From Nitrospinaceae bacterium (GTDB lineage: Bacteria > Nitrospinota > Nitrospinia > Nitrospinales > Nitrospinaceae), in assembly GCA_965237905.1 (NCBI GenBank), contig OZ250172.1:1536001-1600000 (forward strand): a stretch of DNA of 64,000 nt, written 5' to 3'. This document shows positions 10,084 through 19,968 of this stretch, in pieces (the first letter of the stretch is position 1; each line of letters begins with the position of its first letter). The notes under the pieces were generated by a model. That model did not search any database, was not told where the DNA came from, and saw only the letters and a list, made by a program, of their open reading frames with translations. Both the position numbers and the translations under genes were made by a program.

Positions 10084-11340
10084 CTAGAGGGCGAATTTTT
10101 TGAGGACCAGGGCCGAGTTCTTGGACCCGAATGAAATGCAGTTGCTGATCGCCACCTGAACGGCCTGTTCCCGGCTTTCGTTGGCAATGTAATCCATATC
10201 GCAGTCCGGATCTGGGTTCTCCATATTAATGGTCGGCGACAACACCCCGTCCCGCAAAGAAAGCGCCGTAACCACCGCTCCCAGCGACCCCGAAGCGCCC
10301 TGGGGATGCCCCACCATGGATTTGGTGGAGCTGACGGGCACCTTCATCGCATAGCCATTCAATGCCCCTTTCACCGCCAGCGTCTCGATCTTGTCGTTGA
10401 TCACGGTCGATGTCCCGTGGAAATTGATGTACTGCACCTCCTCCTCGTTAATGCGCGCGTCCTTCATGGCCAGTTGCAGTGCGCGGGTGGATTGCCGGCC
10501 ATCCGGCATGATAGCCACCCGGTGATAGGCGTCGCAGGTGGTGCCGTAACCAATGACCTCCGCATAGATCGGGGCGTTACGCTTTTGAGCGTGCTCCAGT
10601 TCCTCCATCACCAACATCCAACTACCCTCGGACAGCACAAAACCTTCCCGGTCATGATTGAAAGGGCGCGAGCCACGCGTGGGTTCTTCATTGAAATGCA
10701 CCGGATTGGCCCGCATGCGTTGAAACCCCGTCATCATGGCCGGGGTCACGCAGGACTCCACCCCGCCGGTCAACATCCAATCCTCCTGCCCGAAACGAAT
10801 GGCGTTGAAGGCATATCCCATCGCATCGGTCGAACTGGTGCATCCATTGGAAATCACATGACTGCGGCCCTGAAGGCCGAAGAATATGGATATCTCACTG
10901 GACAACATTCCCACCAGAGCGTTGGAAATGGCATAGGGGCTGATTTTGTGAATATCCTGAGCAAAATAATGAGCGAACTGCTTTTCCGAAAAGTCGAAAC
11001 CCGAACCGCCGGTCCCTACCAGCACACCCAGGCTTTCGAAATCCTCCTCGTCGAACTCATCGAGATCGATTCCGGCATCCTCCAAAGCCTCCTTGGCGGC
11101 CGCCACACCCAGAGGCACCGTCCGTGGAAGCTTGTTCAAATCGGCTTTCGAGTAGTAGGCACCCGGGTCAAAATCCTGCACTTGTCCCGCGATCTGGCAG
11201 TCCAGTCCCGAAGGATCAAAACTGCTGATGCGGCGGATGCCGCTGACCCCGTTACAGGTGTTTTCCCAGAATTGCTGTTTGCCGGTGCCGTTGGGACTCA
11301 TCACTCCCAACCCGGTAAAAACGACTCGCCTTGACATCAT
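10084..11340 (-). CDS. fabF: Beta-ketoacyl-ACP synthase II family
   Basis: RRVVFTGLGV, catalytic SNGCTSS, HGTST, KSMVGH, SFGSKNSALV. Confidence 0.88.
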   Translation of the reverse strand: MMSRRVVFTGLGVMSPNGTGKQQFWENTCNGVSGIRRISSFDPSGLDCQIAGQVQDFDPGAYYSKADLNKLPRTVPLGVAAAKEALEDAGIDLDEFDEEDFESLGVLVGTGGSGFDFSEKQFAHYFAQDIHKISPYAISNALVGMLSSEISIFFGLQGRSHVISNGCTSSTDAMGYAFNAIRFGQEDWMLTGGVESCVTPAMMTGFQRMRANPVHFNEEPTRGSRPFNHDREGFVLSEGSWMLVMEELEHAQKRNAPIYAEVIGYGTTCDAYHRVAIMPDGRQSTRALQLAMKDARINEEEVQYINFHGTSTVINDKIETLAVKGALNGYAMKVPVSSTKSMVGHPQGASGSLGAVVTALSLRDGVLSPTINMENPDPDCDMDYIANESREQAVQVAISNCISFGSKNSALVLKKFAL

Positions 11341-11547
11341 CGATTTCCCCTAAAAATCCTTTTCTATTACTATTTTATAGATTTTATCACACCGCTTTTA
11401 TAGCGGACACACCAAAATCTAATGGACTAATTGTAGCCTGGAAAGGCTCCATTAGAGCACTTGGTAACAATTTGAAAAATACCGGATTGATGCTAACCTA
11501 TTCCGATTGAATACTGGTTACACACTTCTTCCTGGAGTTATCCGCAC

Positions 11548-12642
11548 TTGAAAAAACCGGCTACCATTCCCGAAATGACCGGCCAAATGTTGATGGCCGG
11601 ATTCGAAAGCACCACGCTGACCCCGGAAACCGAGGACTTGATCCGCAACCGCCATGTCGGCGGGTTGATTCTGTTCAGCCGCAACTATGAGAACCCGAAG
11701 CAGTTGCACAGCCTTATCCGGAGTCTTCAAGAAGTAGCGGCCTCCACCTCCACCGGGTTGCCGCTATTCATTTCGGTCGACCAGGAAGGTGGGCGCGTGG
11801 CCCGGTTGACGGAGCCCTTCACCCAATACCCGCCGCTGTGTTGCCTGGGCCATGCGCAATCGGAGTCCCTGGCTTACCGGTTCGGCCAATCGCTGGCGGC
11901 TGAACTGGTGGATGTGGGGATCAATATGGATTACGCTCCCGTACTGGATGTTCATACCAATCCGGAAAATCCCATCATCGGCGATCGCGCCATTGCTTCC
12001 GACCCGGATACGGTAGCAAAGCTGGCCAACTCGTTTATCAAGGGGTTTAAGGATAAAGGCATGATCCCCGTGGGCAAGCATTTTCCCGGTCATGGTGATA
12101 CCCAAGTGGATTCGCATCTGGATCTGCCCACGGTCACAAGAGATGCCGCCACTCTGGAAGCGGTGGAACTGGTCCCTTTCCGGGAAACCATCGCCCAGGG
12201 TCTGGAGGTGATCATGACCGCGCATGTGATCTATACCGCCTGGGATAAAAAGAATACCGCCACTTTTTCCAAAACGATTCTACAGGATATTTTGAGGCAG
12301 AAATTGGGATTCCAGGGGGTGATCATGTCCGACGATCTGGAAATGAAGGCCGTAGAAAATTATTTTCCCTTCGACGCGTTTCCCCGCATGGGCATCGAAG
12401 CGGGGTTGGATATGTTTTTAATCTGCAATAACGTGGAAAAAGTCAGGGTTTTGCACGACCAGTTGATTCAAGATGTGAATAATGGAACCATTCCCACTGC
12501 CCCGATTCAACAATCGGTGGAGCGGATTCTCCGTTTAAAAAAGAACCTTATCCCCCCTCCCATCAACCCACCTGATCCGGCACACTGGCAGGAAACCCAT
12601 ACTCCCCTCGCCAGCGAACTCCAGTCTCATCTGCCGGATTGA
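11548..12642 (+). CDS. nagZ: Beta-N-acetylhexosaminidase (GH3)
   Basis: VDQEGGRVARL, KHFPGHGDT.VDSH, SDDLEM. Confidence 0.92.
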   Translation: MKKPATIPEMTGQMLMAGFESTTLTPETEDLIRNRHVGGLILFSRNYENPKQLHSLIRSLQEVAASTSTGLPLFISVDQEGGRVARLTEPFTQYPPLCCLGHAQSESLAYRFGQSLAAELVDVGINMDYAPVLDVHTNPENPIIGDRAIASDPDTVAKLANSFIKGFKDKGMIPVGKHFPGHGDTQVDSHLDLPTVTRDAATLEAVELVPFRETIAQGLEVIMTAHVIYTAWDKKNTATFSKTILQDILRQKLGFQGVIMSDDLEMKAVENYFPFDAFPRMGIEAGLDMFLICNNVEKVRVLHDQLIQDVNNGTIPTAPIQQSVERILRLKKNLIPPPINPPDPAHWQETHTPLASELQSHLPD

Positions 12643-13094
12643 CCCAAACTGAAAATACAGAAGCCGCCGCACGTGGAGAACCCGACCCCAAAAAAAACTT
12701 TTTTTATCCCCCCCGGAAAACTATTTCCCCGCTAACCCAGATTCGATGAACCCAAAAAAATAAGAGTATTCAGTCGTAGCTATAGTCATAAATTTCAACC
12801 GAGCCCCCATTAAAAACTTTGAGTTCCCTCTCCCAGGATAGAATCGCCTAACCCGCCGTTTATTATGGAAATTAGCATAATTGAACCCCTGATCGTTCAG
12901 CAAGGATTTAAGTTGAAGGAAAGAAGAGCACACAAAAGAATAGAAAATACACCCTAAAATAAGTATTCGAAGAGACGATTTTTTTTCACCTGATAATTTC
13001 GGAAAACCGATTTTATAATTGCGTTTATTAGGGGACAGCGAACTTCCTGTGGGCTTAAGCCCTTTTTATTTCAGAGGTTTGGAGGACTTTTAAG

Positions 13095-13123
13095 TTGACA
13101 GGGAAATTTAAAAAAACTACAGT
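13095..13123 (+). promoter_or_regulatory. Near-consensus sigma70 promoter
   Basis: TTGACA-N17-TACAGT upstream of the XRE gene. Confidence 0.6.
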
Positions 13124-13285
13124 GTGGCTCTCTTTAAAGGTCAAGAGTCGACTCATTGACCTAGCATTTCTGAAACCAGTCCTGGGAGGGCAACCGGTTC
13201 AAAATGCTTTGATTAAGAAGTACCCCAAATTCACCCTCTTCAGGGTAAAATACGACTTTTGAATCTTTTATTGGCGGACCGAACG

Positions 13286-13708
13286 ATGCAAGACAAAAAA
13301 GGAGGGGCAGCGAAAAACCTGGGGACCCGTCTCCGGCAATGGCGAAAAACCATGCCGCTCAAATCGTTTGAACTGGCCAAGCTGATTAAAATCTCCCAGG
13401 GCTCTTTATCTGACATCGAAAACAACAAATCCCTGCCCTCAGCTGATACCATCGCCAAACTGTATCTCTACACCGACTTGAATATCATCTGGTTGTTGCT
13501 GGGCAAAGGCCCAATGACCCGCGACCGTTCAGCGGCATCTGATCTGGATGAAGGAACGCTGGTTCTGGAAACCATACAGGATTATGGAGAAGACCCAAAA
13601 TTGGGGGAAGTGGTCGAGAAAGCCGTGCGCATTTACCGCCGCGGCAATCAGGAAAAAAGAGCTCACTTGATTGGTTTTCTCAACGGTGCCGACCCGGGAG
13701 AGAATTAG
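13286..13708 (+). CDS. XRE-family HTH transcriptional regulator
   Basis: LGTRLRQWRK...ELAKLIKISQGSLSDIENNKSLPS...WLLLGKGPM. Confidence 0.88.
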   Translation: MQDKKGGAAKNLGTRLRQWRKTMPLKSFELAKLIKISQGSLSDIENNKSLPSADTIAKLYLYTDLNIIWLLLGKGPMTRDRSAASDLDEGTLVLETIQDYGEDPKLGEVVEKAVRIYRRGNQEKRAHLIGFLNGADPGEN

Positions 13709-13740
13709 CCCGTTCTGCTATTGACCCCTCGCCTCGCCTA

Positions 13741-15884
13741 TCACAGCTTTTGAATTTCGAGACCCACTTCAAATATCCGGCTTTGGCCCGGCTCTAACGC
13801 TACCCTCCAACAGCCCGCAATACAGGAACCCTGATAAACGCTCTCGAATCCTTCTTCGGATTGCGATACTGTTTCTACCGGAAACCGCCACAACTCGACG
13901 GTGGGGCTGTATTTCAGTTGCAATTCAAACCCGAAAAACTCATCCCTTAGTCCCAGGGTTTGAATATCGGGCAACACGCCTTCACTCGCCATTCTTGAAT
14001 CTTCCAGCCCGCCTTCGGGTAACATATAGGTCCGATCCGCCGCATCCCCTGCCAGCAAAGTGAAGTTATGCTCTACGACCCACACGAAGTCCAAAGGCTT
14101 TTCCCCTTTATTATGAAGACGATAGCTCACCTCCAAAACGGCGTTTTGGGGATCAGACCTATAGGTCTTTACAACGTCAAGCTTGATATGCCCATTTCCG
14201 GAGCTTTCTCGTTTCAGCCGCAACACAAAAGGCACTTGCGGGTCAACAGGATCGTCCCCGCGCTCCCACTGATAAGGCTGGCCCGCAAAGGACAACAGCG
14301 CTTTATGATGGTTGTTCTTGAATTGCTCCAATGAGGTGCTTGAAGCTAAACAGTGGTCCATGAAGGAATACCGGTCCCGTTGATCATAGATCAATTTTTC
14401 CTGCAACCCCTCCTTCTTGAACCGCACCCGGTCGTGGATGGAGTGAGGTTGATCCCCTCCGGATTTACCTTTTTCCCGGGCTTTGAGAATATCCTGATGG
14501 TACACCTCGGGCCGGCGGCGCAGAACGTTGCTCACATTGAAACAGGCCGGGCGGTAATCCAGCTCCATCAACGCCCCGCCTCGCGCGGGTGCAATGAAGG
14601 CGCTCATTTTGGGGTTGCTGACAATCACTTCTTCAAATCCATCTTGATTGAAGTCGACCGTTTCCACACTCAATCCCCGGTCCGTGCCCAACAGTAAATC
14701 ATCGGCGCTGTTTTCCGCCGCGATGATTTGAGCGTACAAGGCATGCCTGAGGTAATTCAGATACAACCCGCCGAACAGTCCGTGCCAATAGGCGCAATTG
14801 CACTGGCTCCGGTACAGGGCGCGCAGAGCGCCGCTCGTCTCCTGATGTCCAGGGGGCAACTGTTTCACCTTTCTCCCGGCATACAGCATGCGCTTGTGCA
14901 GGTGGTTGCTCTCTTCATACTTGGTTAAAAAGTTATCCCACTCCCCGCCACGCAAAAATTCCTGGACACGCGCCTCATCGACTTCTGCGGCCTTCAACTC
15001 TTCCTTAAGTTCCCGGAAACGTAATCCCGCCTCGTAAGGCAGGGACCACTCCATCATCTCCTCATACGAGGCCACGGGCAGATGCACCCGGCCCGCAGGC
15101 GGATGCCCATCCAGATATTCACCGAAGGTTACCGTCTCCAGCCAATCCGATTGCTCCTCCAACGCCTTAAAAAGATTGTGAAGATACTTTTCCTTATAGA
15201 CCCATTGATGCGTCTCCGGCCAACCGCCGAACTTTTCGCCGTCATCCGCATACGTCACCGCGTCAAACCCCCACTCTTTCCGATAGCGGCGCAAATGCTC
15301 GACGGTCACCTCGGGCAGATCAAACGGAATGGAATAGCGCAGGGTCTTGCTGATGGGAAATACACCTACCGAAAATCCTTCGGTCTCCGTCAGATAGTAC
15401 CCGTGCATCTGCCGCTCCTCCAGTCCGCATAATAGAAATGCGTGTCGTCGACAATGGTGTAACGGATGCCCGCCTGCGCGATGATTTTCGGCAGATGGGG
15501 CGACCAGATCCGCTCCGTCAACCAGAGCCCCTGCGGCCGGCAACCAAACTCGGCCTCCAGAAAGTCGTTCATCATGCGAATCTGGCCGATGGCATCCTCT
15601 TCCGGCAGGCTGGACAAAATGGGTTCGTAAAACCCGCCGCTGAGAAGTTCCAACTGGCCACCTTGTACCAAGCCGCGGATGACGTCCAGATATTCAGGTC
15701 GATGCGCTTGCAACCATTCCAGCAGGCATCCGCTAAAATGGGCGGTGGTTTTCAGTTGGGGAAATTGTTGCAGAACTTCAAAGTATGGCCGGTAGCATTG
15801 ACTATACACTTCTTCAAAAACGTGGTCGAAGTTGCCCAGGGGCTGGTGGTTGTGGACGCCGAAGAGAAACTTTAACTTTTCCAT
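13741..15884 (-). pseudogene. GH57 alpha-amylase/4-alpha-glucanotransferase, split by a 1-nt deletion near 15425
   Basis: HNHQP, WLTERIW, DDGEKFGGWP and QCNCAYWHG motifs are divided between ORFs 15390-15884 and 13741-15543. Confidence 0.85.
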
Positions 15885-15929
15885 AACGCCTCAGCGGCTG
15901 GTGGTACAGAGGAATAAATATCAGAAGAA

Positions 15930-17678
15930 CTACCCTTCGTTTTCCACCGGGACGGGGTCTTCGAATGCGCGCAGGGTATAGAGCTTGTAGTATAAACCTT
16001 CGTTGGCCATCAATTCCTTGTGGTTTCCCGTTTCCACCACCCGGCCCTGATCGAGAACGATGATCCGGTCGGCATTATGAACCGTGCTCAACCGGTGCGC
16101 GATGATGAGCGTGGTGCGGCCCTGCATCAGGTTTTCCAGCGCGTCCTGAATCAGCATTTCCGACTGATTATCGAGGGACGAAGTGGCTTCGTCCAGGATC
16201 AGAATTTTCGGATTCTTCAACAGCGCGCGGGCGATGGCGATCCTCTGCCGCTCACCGCCGGACAGCTTGACGCCCTTCTCGCCCACCACGGTATCGTAGC
16301 CCTGATCCAGGTTCTTGATAAAATCGTACGCATTGGCGAAACGCGCGGCCTGGTCCAGTTCTTCATCGGTCGCGTCCAGTTTGCCGTACAAAATGTTTTC
16401 GCGGATCGTGCCGCCGAACAACAGCGTTTCCTGCGGCACCAGCGCCACATGATTCAAAAACGTTTTGAGCTCGGTTTCGCGAATGTCATGGCCATCGACC
16501 CGAATGGTTCCCGCATCCACATCGAAAAACCGGTGCACCAGTTGAATGACAGTGGATTTGCCCGCGCCGCTGGGACCCACCAGCGCCACCTGCTCTCCCG
16601 GACGTACTTGCAGGGACACGTCTTTCAATACCGGGATATCTTTATTGTATCCAAAAGAGACATGGTCGAATTCGATTCCACCTTGAACCTTGTCGAACGC
16701 CACCGGATTTTCCGGGTCCACAATCAACGGCCGGGTTTCCAGTATTTCGTAGACTCGGCGGATGGCTCCCAACGCTTCCTGGATTTGCGTGTACAGGCGC
16801 ACAAAGGTTCCGATCGGCCCCGCGATGATAATCGCATACAGAAAAAATGCCGCGAGTTCTCCCGGCGTGGTGGTCCCGGTCATGACCTGCCGTCCGCCGT
16901 ACCATATCAACAACGCGGAAACCAGAAACGTCAGGAACAAAACAAACGGACCGAAGAAAGCAGAGACCTTTACTTTTTTTACTTCGGCATCGAATGCGCT
17001 TTCGATCCCTTCTTCAAACCGTTTCTTTTCGTAGTCTTCCCGATTGTAGGATTTGACCACTTTGATGGATGAGATCACTTCCTCCAACACGACCATCGTG
17101 CGGGCCAACTGGTCCTGCACCTGTCCCGCCAGATTACGCAGGCGTTTGCCGAAAATGCGGGCGAATAGCATCAACGGCGGCAGTACGATCAGAATCAAGC
17201 CCGACAGTTTCCAGTTCAGATAAAAAACGATGGCCAACCCGCCGACCAGTGTAATGGTTTGACGCAGAACCGCCACGGGAATGGACACCAACGCTTTTTG
17301 AATCACCGAGATGTCGTTACTCATTCGGGAGATGATTTCCCCCACCCGACGCGCCTGGAAAAATCGCAGGGACAAACTTTGGATGTGATTGAACAGATCC
17401 ATCCGGAAATCGGCAGTCATGCGGTTGCCGACAAATCCCAGAATATAATTCTGAGTAATGCCGAACACCATCTGAAACGCGATCACCGCCATGATGTCCA
17501 GAGTCAGATTGTTGAGCGCCACCGCGTTCTTCTCCACCACCACGACGTTGATGATGTTGCGCACAAGGAGAGGCAGATACAACGTGATCACCGAGGTCAC
17601 CATCAGGCACAGAAAAGCGAACACGATGCCCTTGCTATACGGCTTGGCGTAGCGCAGTATTTTGGAAAAATCTTTCAT
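15930..17678 (-). CDS. ABC exporter, MsbA-like permease/ATPase
   Basis: Multi-TM domain, GPSGAGKS, LSGGERQR, LILDEATS. Confidence 0.9.
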   Translation of the reverse strand: MKDFSKILRYAKPYSKGIVFAFLCLMVTSVITLYLPLLVRNIINVVVVEKNAVALNNLTLDIMAVIAFQMVFGITQNYILGFVGNRMTADFRMDLFNHIQSLSLRFFQARRVGEIISRMSNDISVIQKALVSIPVAVLRQTITLVGGLAIVFYLNWKLSGLILIVLPPLMLFARIFGKRLRNLAGQVQDQLARTMVVLEEVISSIKVVKSYNREDYEKKRFEEGIESAFDAEVKKVKVSAFFGPFVLFLTFLVSALLIWYGGRQVMTGTTTPGELAAFFLYAIIIAGPIGTFVRLYTQIQEALGAIRRVYEILETRPLIVDPENPVAFDKVQGGIEFDHVSFGYNKDIPVLKDVSLQVRPGEQVALVGPSGAGKSTVIQLVHRFFDVDAGTIRVDGHDIRETELKTFLNHVALVPQETLLFGGTIRENILYGKLDATDEELDQAARFANAYDFIKNLDQGYDTVVGEKGVKLSGGERQRIAIARALLKNPKILILDEATSSLDNQSEMLIQDALENLMQGRTTLIIAHRLSTVHNADRIIVLDQGRVVETGNHKELMANEGLYYKLYTLRAFEDPVPVENEG

Positions 17679-17702
17679 ATAAGAACCATTGTGGACGAAG
17701 CT

Positions 17703-18263
17703 CTATGCGGCGATCGATTCCATAAACCGGTCGCGGATTTCCTCGGGAGTATGTGTCACCCGGCCCTGGGAAGCATCAAACGCCGGCTCTACCTTGATGA
17801 GCAGGAAAACCGGCCCCTCGGCCTGATACAACTTTTCATAGGCGGGCTGGATCTCCTCCGGGCGGGTCACCCGCACCGCCTGCTTGTAGCCGACGCTTTT
17901 AGCCACCTCTTCCAAACGGATTTCATGCGACAGGGTGCGCTGACTTCCAGTCGATTCGTACACTTCGTTATCGATTACGATATGGATCAGGTTTTTTGGT
18001 GCGCAGGCGGTGATCATCGCCAGAGTGCCCATCGCCATCAGCACATTGCCGTCGCCGTCCAGGATCAACGTTTTCCGTTCCGGTTGCGCCAGCGCCACGC
18101 CGAGCCCGATGGACGACGCGAGGCCCATCGACCCGATCATGTAAAAATTTTCCTTGCGGTCTGTCACGTTGAAGAACTCGCGGCTGATGTAGCCATTCGC
18201 CAGCACCGTCGGTTCGTTCTTCAATAGCGGCGCCAACTTATGAAACGCTTCAATGCCTTTCAT
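17703..18263 (-). CDS. ThDP-dependent decarboxylase beta subunit (ComE / phosphonopyruvate decarboxylase C-half-like)
   Basis: FYMIGSMGLASSIGLG, DGDGNVLM...DN.VYESTGSQ ThDP motif. Confidence 0.85.
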   Translation of the reverse strand: MKGIEAFHKLAPLLKNEPTVLANGYISREFFNVTDRKENFYMIGSMGLASSIGLGVALAQPERKTLILDGDGNVLMAMGTLAMITACAPKNLIHIVIDNEVYESTGSQRTLSHEIRLEEVAKSVGYKQAVRVTRPEEIQPAYEKLYQAEGPVFLLIKVEPAFDASQGRVTHTPEEIRDRFMESIAA

Positions 18264-18750
18264 CAAACAATCCTTTCTTGACCAACAGCGTGTAAGGCAC
18301 CTTCTCATCCTTTATTTTTTTGAGGGCGGTGGTCAATAGCTGATCCGAATTATTCTCATCCAGCACCGCGTACTCCATACCTGACGTCTCAAGCAACGGC
18401 TCGTTGATGTCGCCCATGATGATATGCTCGGGCGCGTCTTTGCCGCCGCACCCCCGCCAGCTCATGATGACCAGCACGGGAATTTTGTAGATGAGATTAA
18501 GGGAGGTGAAGGCGTTGAGGCTGTAACCGAATCCCGAATTTTGCATCAGCAAAACCGGTTGCTTGCCGCCCATGTAGGCCCCTGCGCACAGCCCCACTCC
18601 TGCGTCCTCACGCACGGAAGGGATATACCCAACTTCCCGATCGGCTTCAAGTTCAGCGATCAGGCCGGACAACAACGAACAAGGTACTCCGGTGAAGAAA
18701 TCAAAACCGTTTCCCCGTAATTTGTCGACAAAAATTTTAGATGAAAGCAT
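18250..18750 (-). CDS. ThDP-dependent decarboxylase alpha subunit (ComD / phosphonopyruvate decarboxylase N-half-like)
   Basis: FFTGVPCSLL, REDAGVG.CAG, MQNSGFG, SWRG..G.DAPEH. Confidence 0.85.
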   Translation of the reverse strand: MLSSKIFVDKLRGNGFDFFTGVPCSLLSGLIAELEADREVGYIPSVREDAGVGLCAGAYMGGKQPVLLMQNSGFGYSLNAFTSLNLIYKIPVLVIMSWRGCGGKDAPEHIIMGDINEPLLETSGMEYAVLDENNSDQLLTTALKKIKDEKVPYTLLVKKGLFDERH

Positions 18751-18821
18751 CCGAATAAGAAAAGTGAGGTGTGGAGCCGACGCGCCGTCCTACCCAGCCG
18801 CCGGGACTCGACAGCGGCCCG

Positions 18822-19760
18822 TTACCATTTATCGACCAAACGTTCGCCGCCGAAAGTCGTCTGCAGTTTGTGAACCAGCTTGATATATTCCGTAATCCCA
18901 TCTTTTCCCTGAAACTCCACTCCCAAGTCTTTGGCTGCCTGATTGGACATCGGCACACCCTCTTCCCCTTTGACCCCTTCGATTTCGCCGAAGGAATCGA
19001 TGAGGTCGATGATCATCTGCCCGAGATCCAGATTGTGAATATGGCCGTCGATCAAATGATAAATCTTACCGGCGCAATCCGGGTTGCCGATCACTTTTCC
19101 CAGTGCCTGTGTCACCGAATCGACCGAAACGTACTTGGTGCTTCCCTTGAGGTCGACATTGTAATTGGTCGCCAGGTAGTCGATGGTGTTGAACCATTCG
19201 GACTTGTCAATTTGCGGCTTCACGCCGTAGATGGTCACCGGACGCAGAATCGTCACGTTGAAAGCGCGGCTCCGTTGGTAAAAGGAACAGAACGATTCGA
19301 TCGACGACTTGATGGAACCGTACAAACTTCCCGGCATCACCGGATGCGTTTCGTCGAGCGGGTGTTCGGCGTCGACGGTCGGCAGGATCTGGCCGAACAC
19401 GGTGCAGGCGCTCATGAATACCACCTGTTGGACCCGCGCCTTGCGCGCCGCTTCCAGGAGGTCGAATGTGCCGTTCACGTTGACTTTGACCAACTCATCC
19501 GCGGTTTGCACGGGACCGGGATAATGCGCCAGGTGAACCAGCACATCCATGCCGTCCACCAACTTGGCCAGCGATTCCTTGTCCTCCAGCCCGCCAATGA
19601 CATAATCCACATCCTCGAAGGCCTTCAGGTGATCGACCACGCTACCTTCGCGGATCAAAGCCCGAACACTGGGCTTTCCCCCTTCTCTATTTTCTTCGCA
19701 CAGCTTCTTGATCAAATGGGATCCGACCATGCCGGTGATCCCGGTGATTGCCACGTTCAT
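18822..19760 (-). CDS. NAD-dependent epimerase/dehydratase (extended SDR)
   Basis: TGITGMVG Rossmann motif, YGSIK. Confidence 0.85.
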   Translation of the reverse strand: MNVAITGITGMVGSHLIKKLCEENREGGKPSVRALIREGSVVDHLKAFEDVDYVIGGLEDKESLAKLVDGMDVLVHLAHYPGPVQTADELVKVNVNGTFDLLEAARKARVQQVVFMSACTVFGQILPTVDAEHPLDETHPVMPGSLYGSIKSSIESFCSFYQRSRAFNVTILRPVTIYGVKPQIDKSEWFNTIDYLATNYNVDLKGSTKYVSVDSVTQALGKVIGNPDCAGKIYHLIDGHIHNLDLGQMIIDLIDSFGEIEGVKGEEGVPMSNQAAKDLGVEFQGKDGITEYIKLVHKLQTTFGGERLVDKW

Positions 19761-19968
19761 TCAAACCTCCAAATACTTTATTATCAAGCAGTTAGTTCTG
19801 CATTGATGAAAGTTTCCAATTCATAAAAATTTCCGGCCGAACGAACCTCCACACGTGGGAGCATACCTGCAGGCCGGACTGATACACCTAAATTGAATGG
19901 GTCAATTATGATTGCAGGCATTGGGGAAGTCAACCGGATTTCCCCTCCAAACAGGGGGAATTCGCCAG

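Noticed and set aside
10306..11334. Long antisense ORFs (also 16020-17072, 21457-22626, 47344-48270, 50989-52302)
   Set aside because: Shadow frames of well-recognised GC-rich genes on the opposite strand.
15390..15543. Programmed frameshift or phase variation in the GH57 gene
   Set aside because: No slippery heptamer or long homopolymer at the break.
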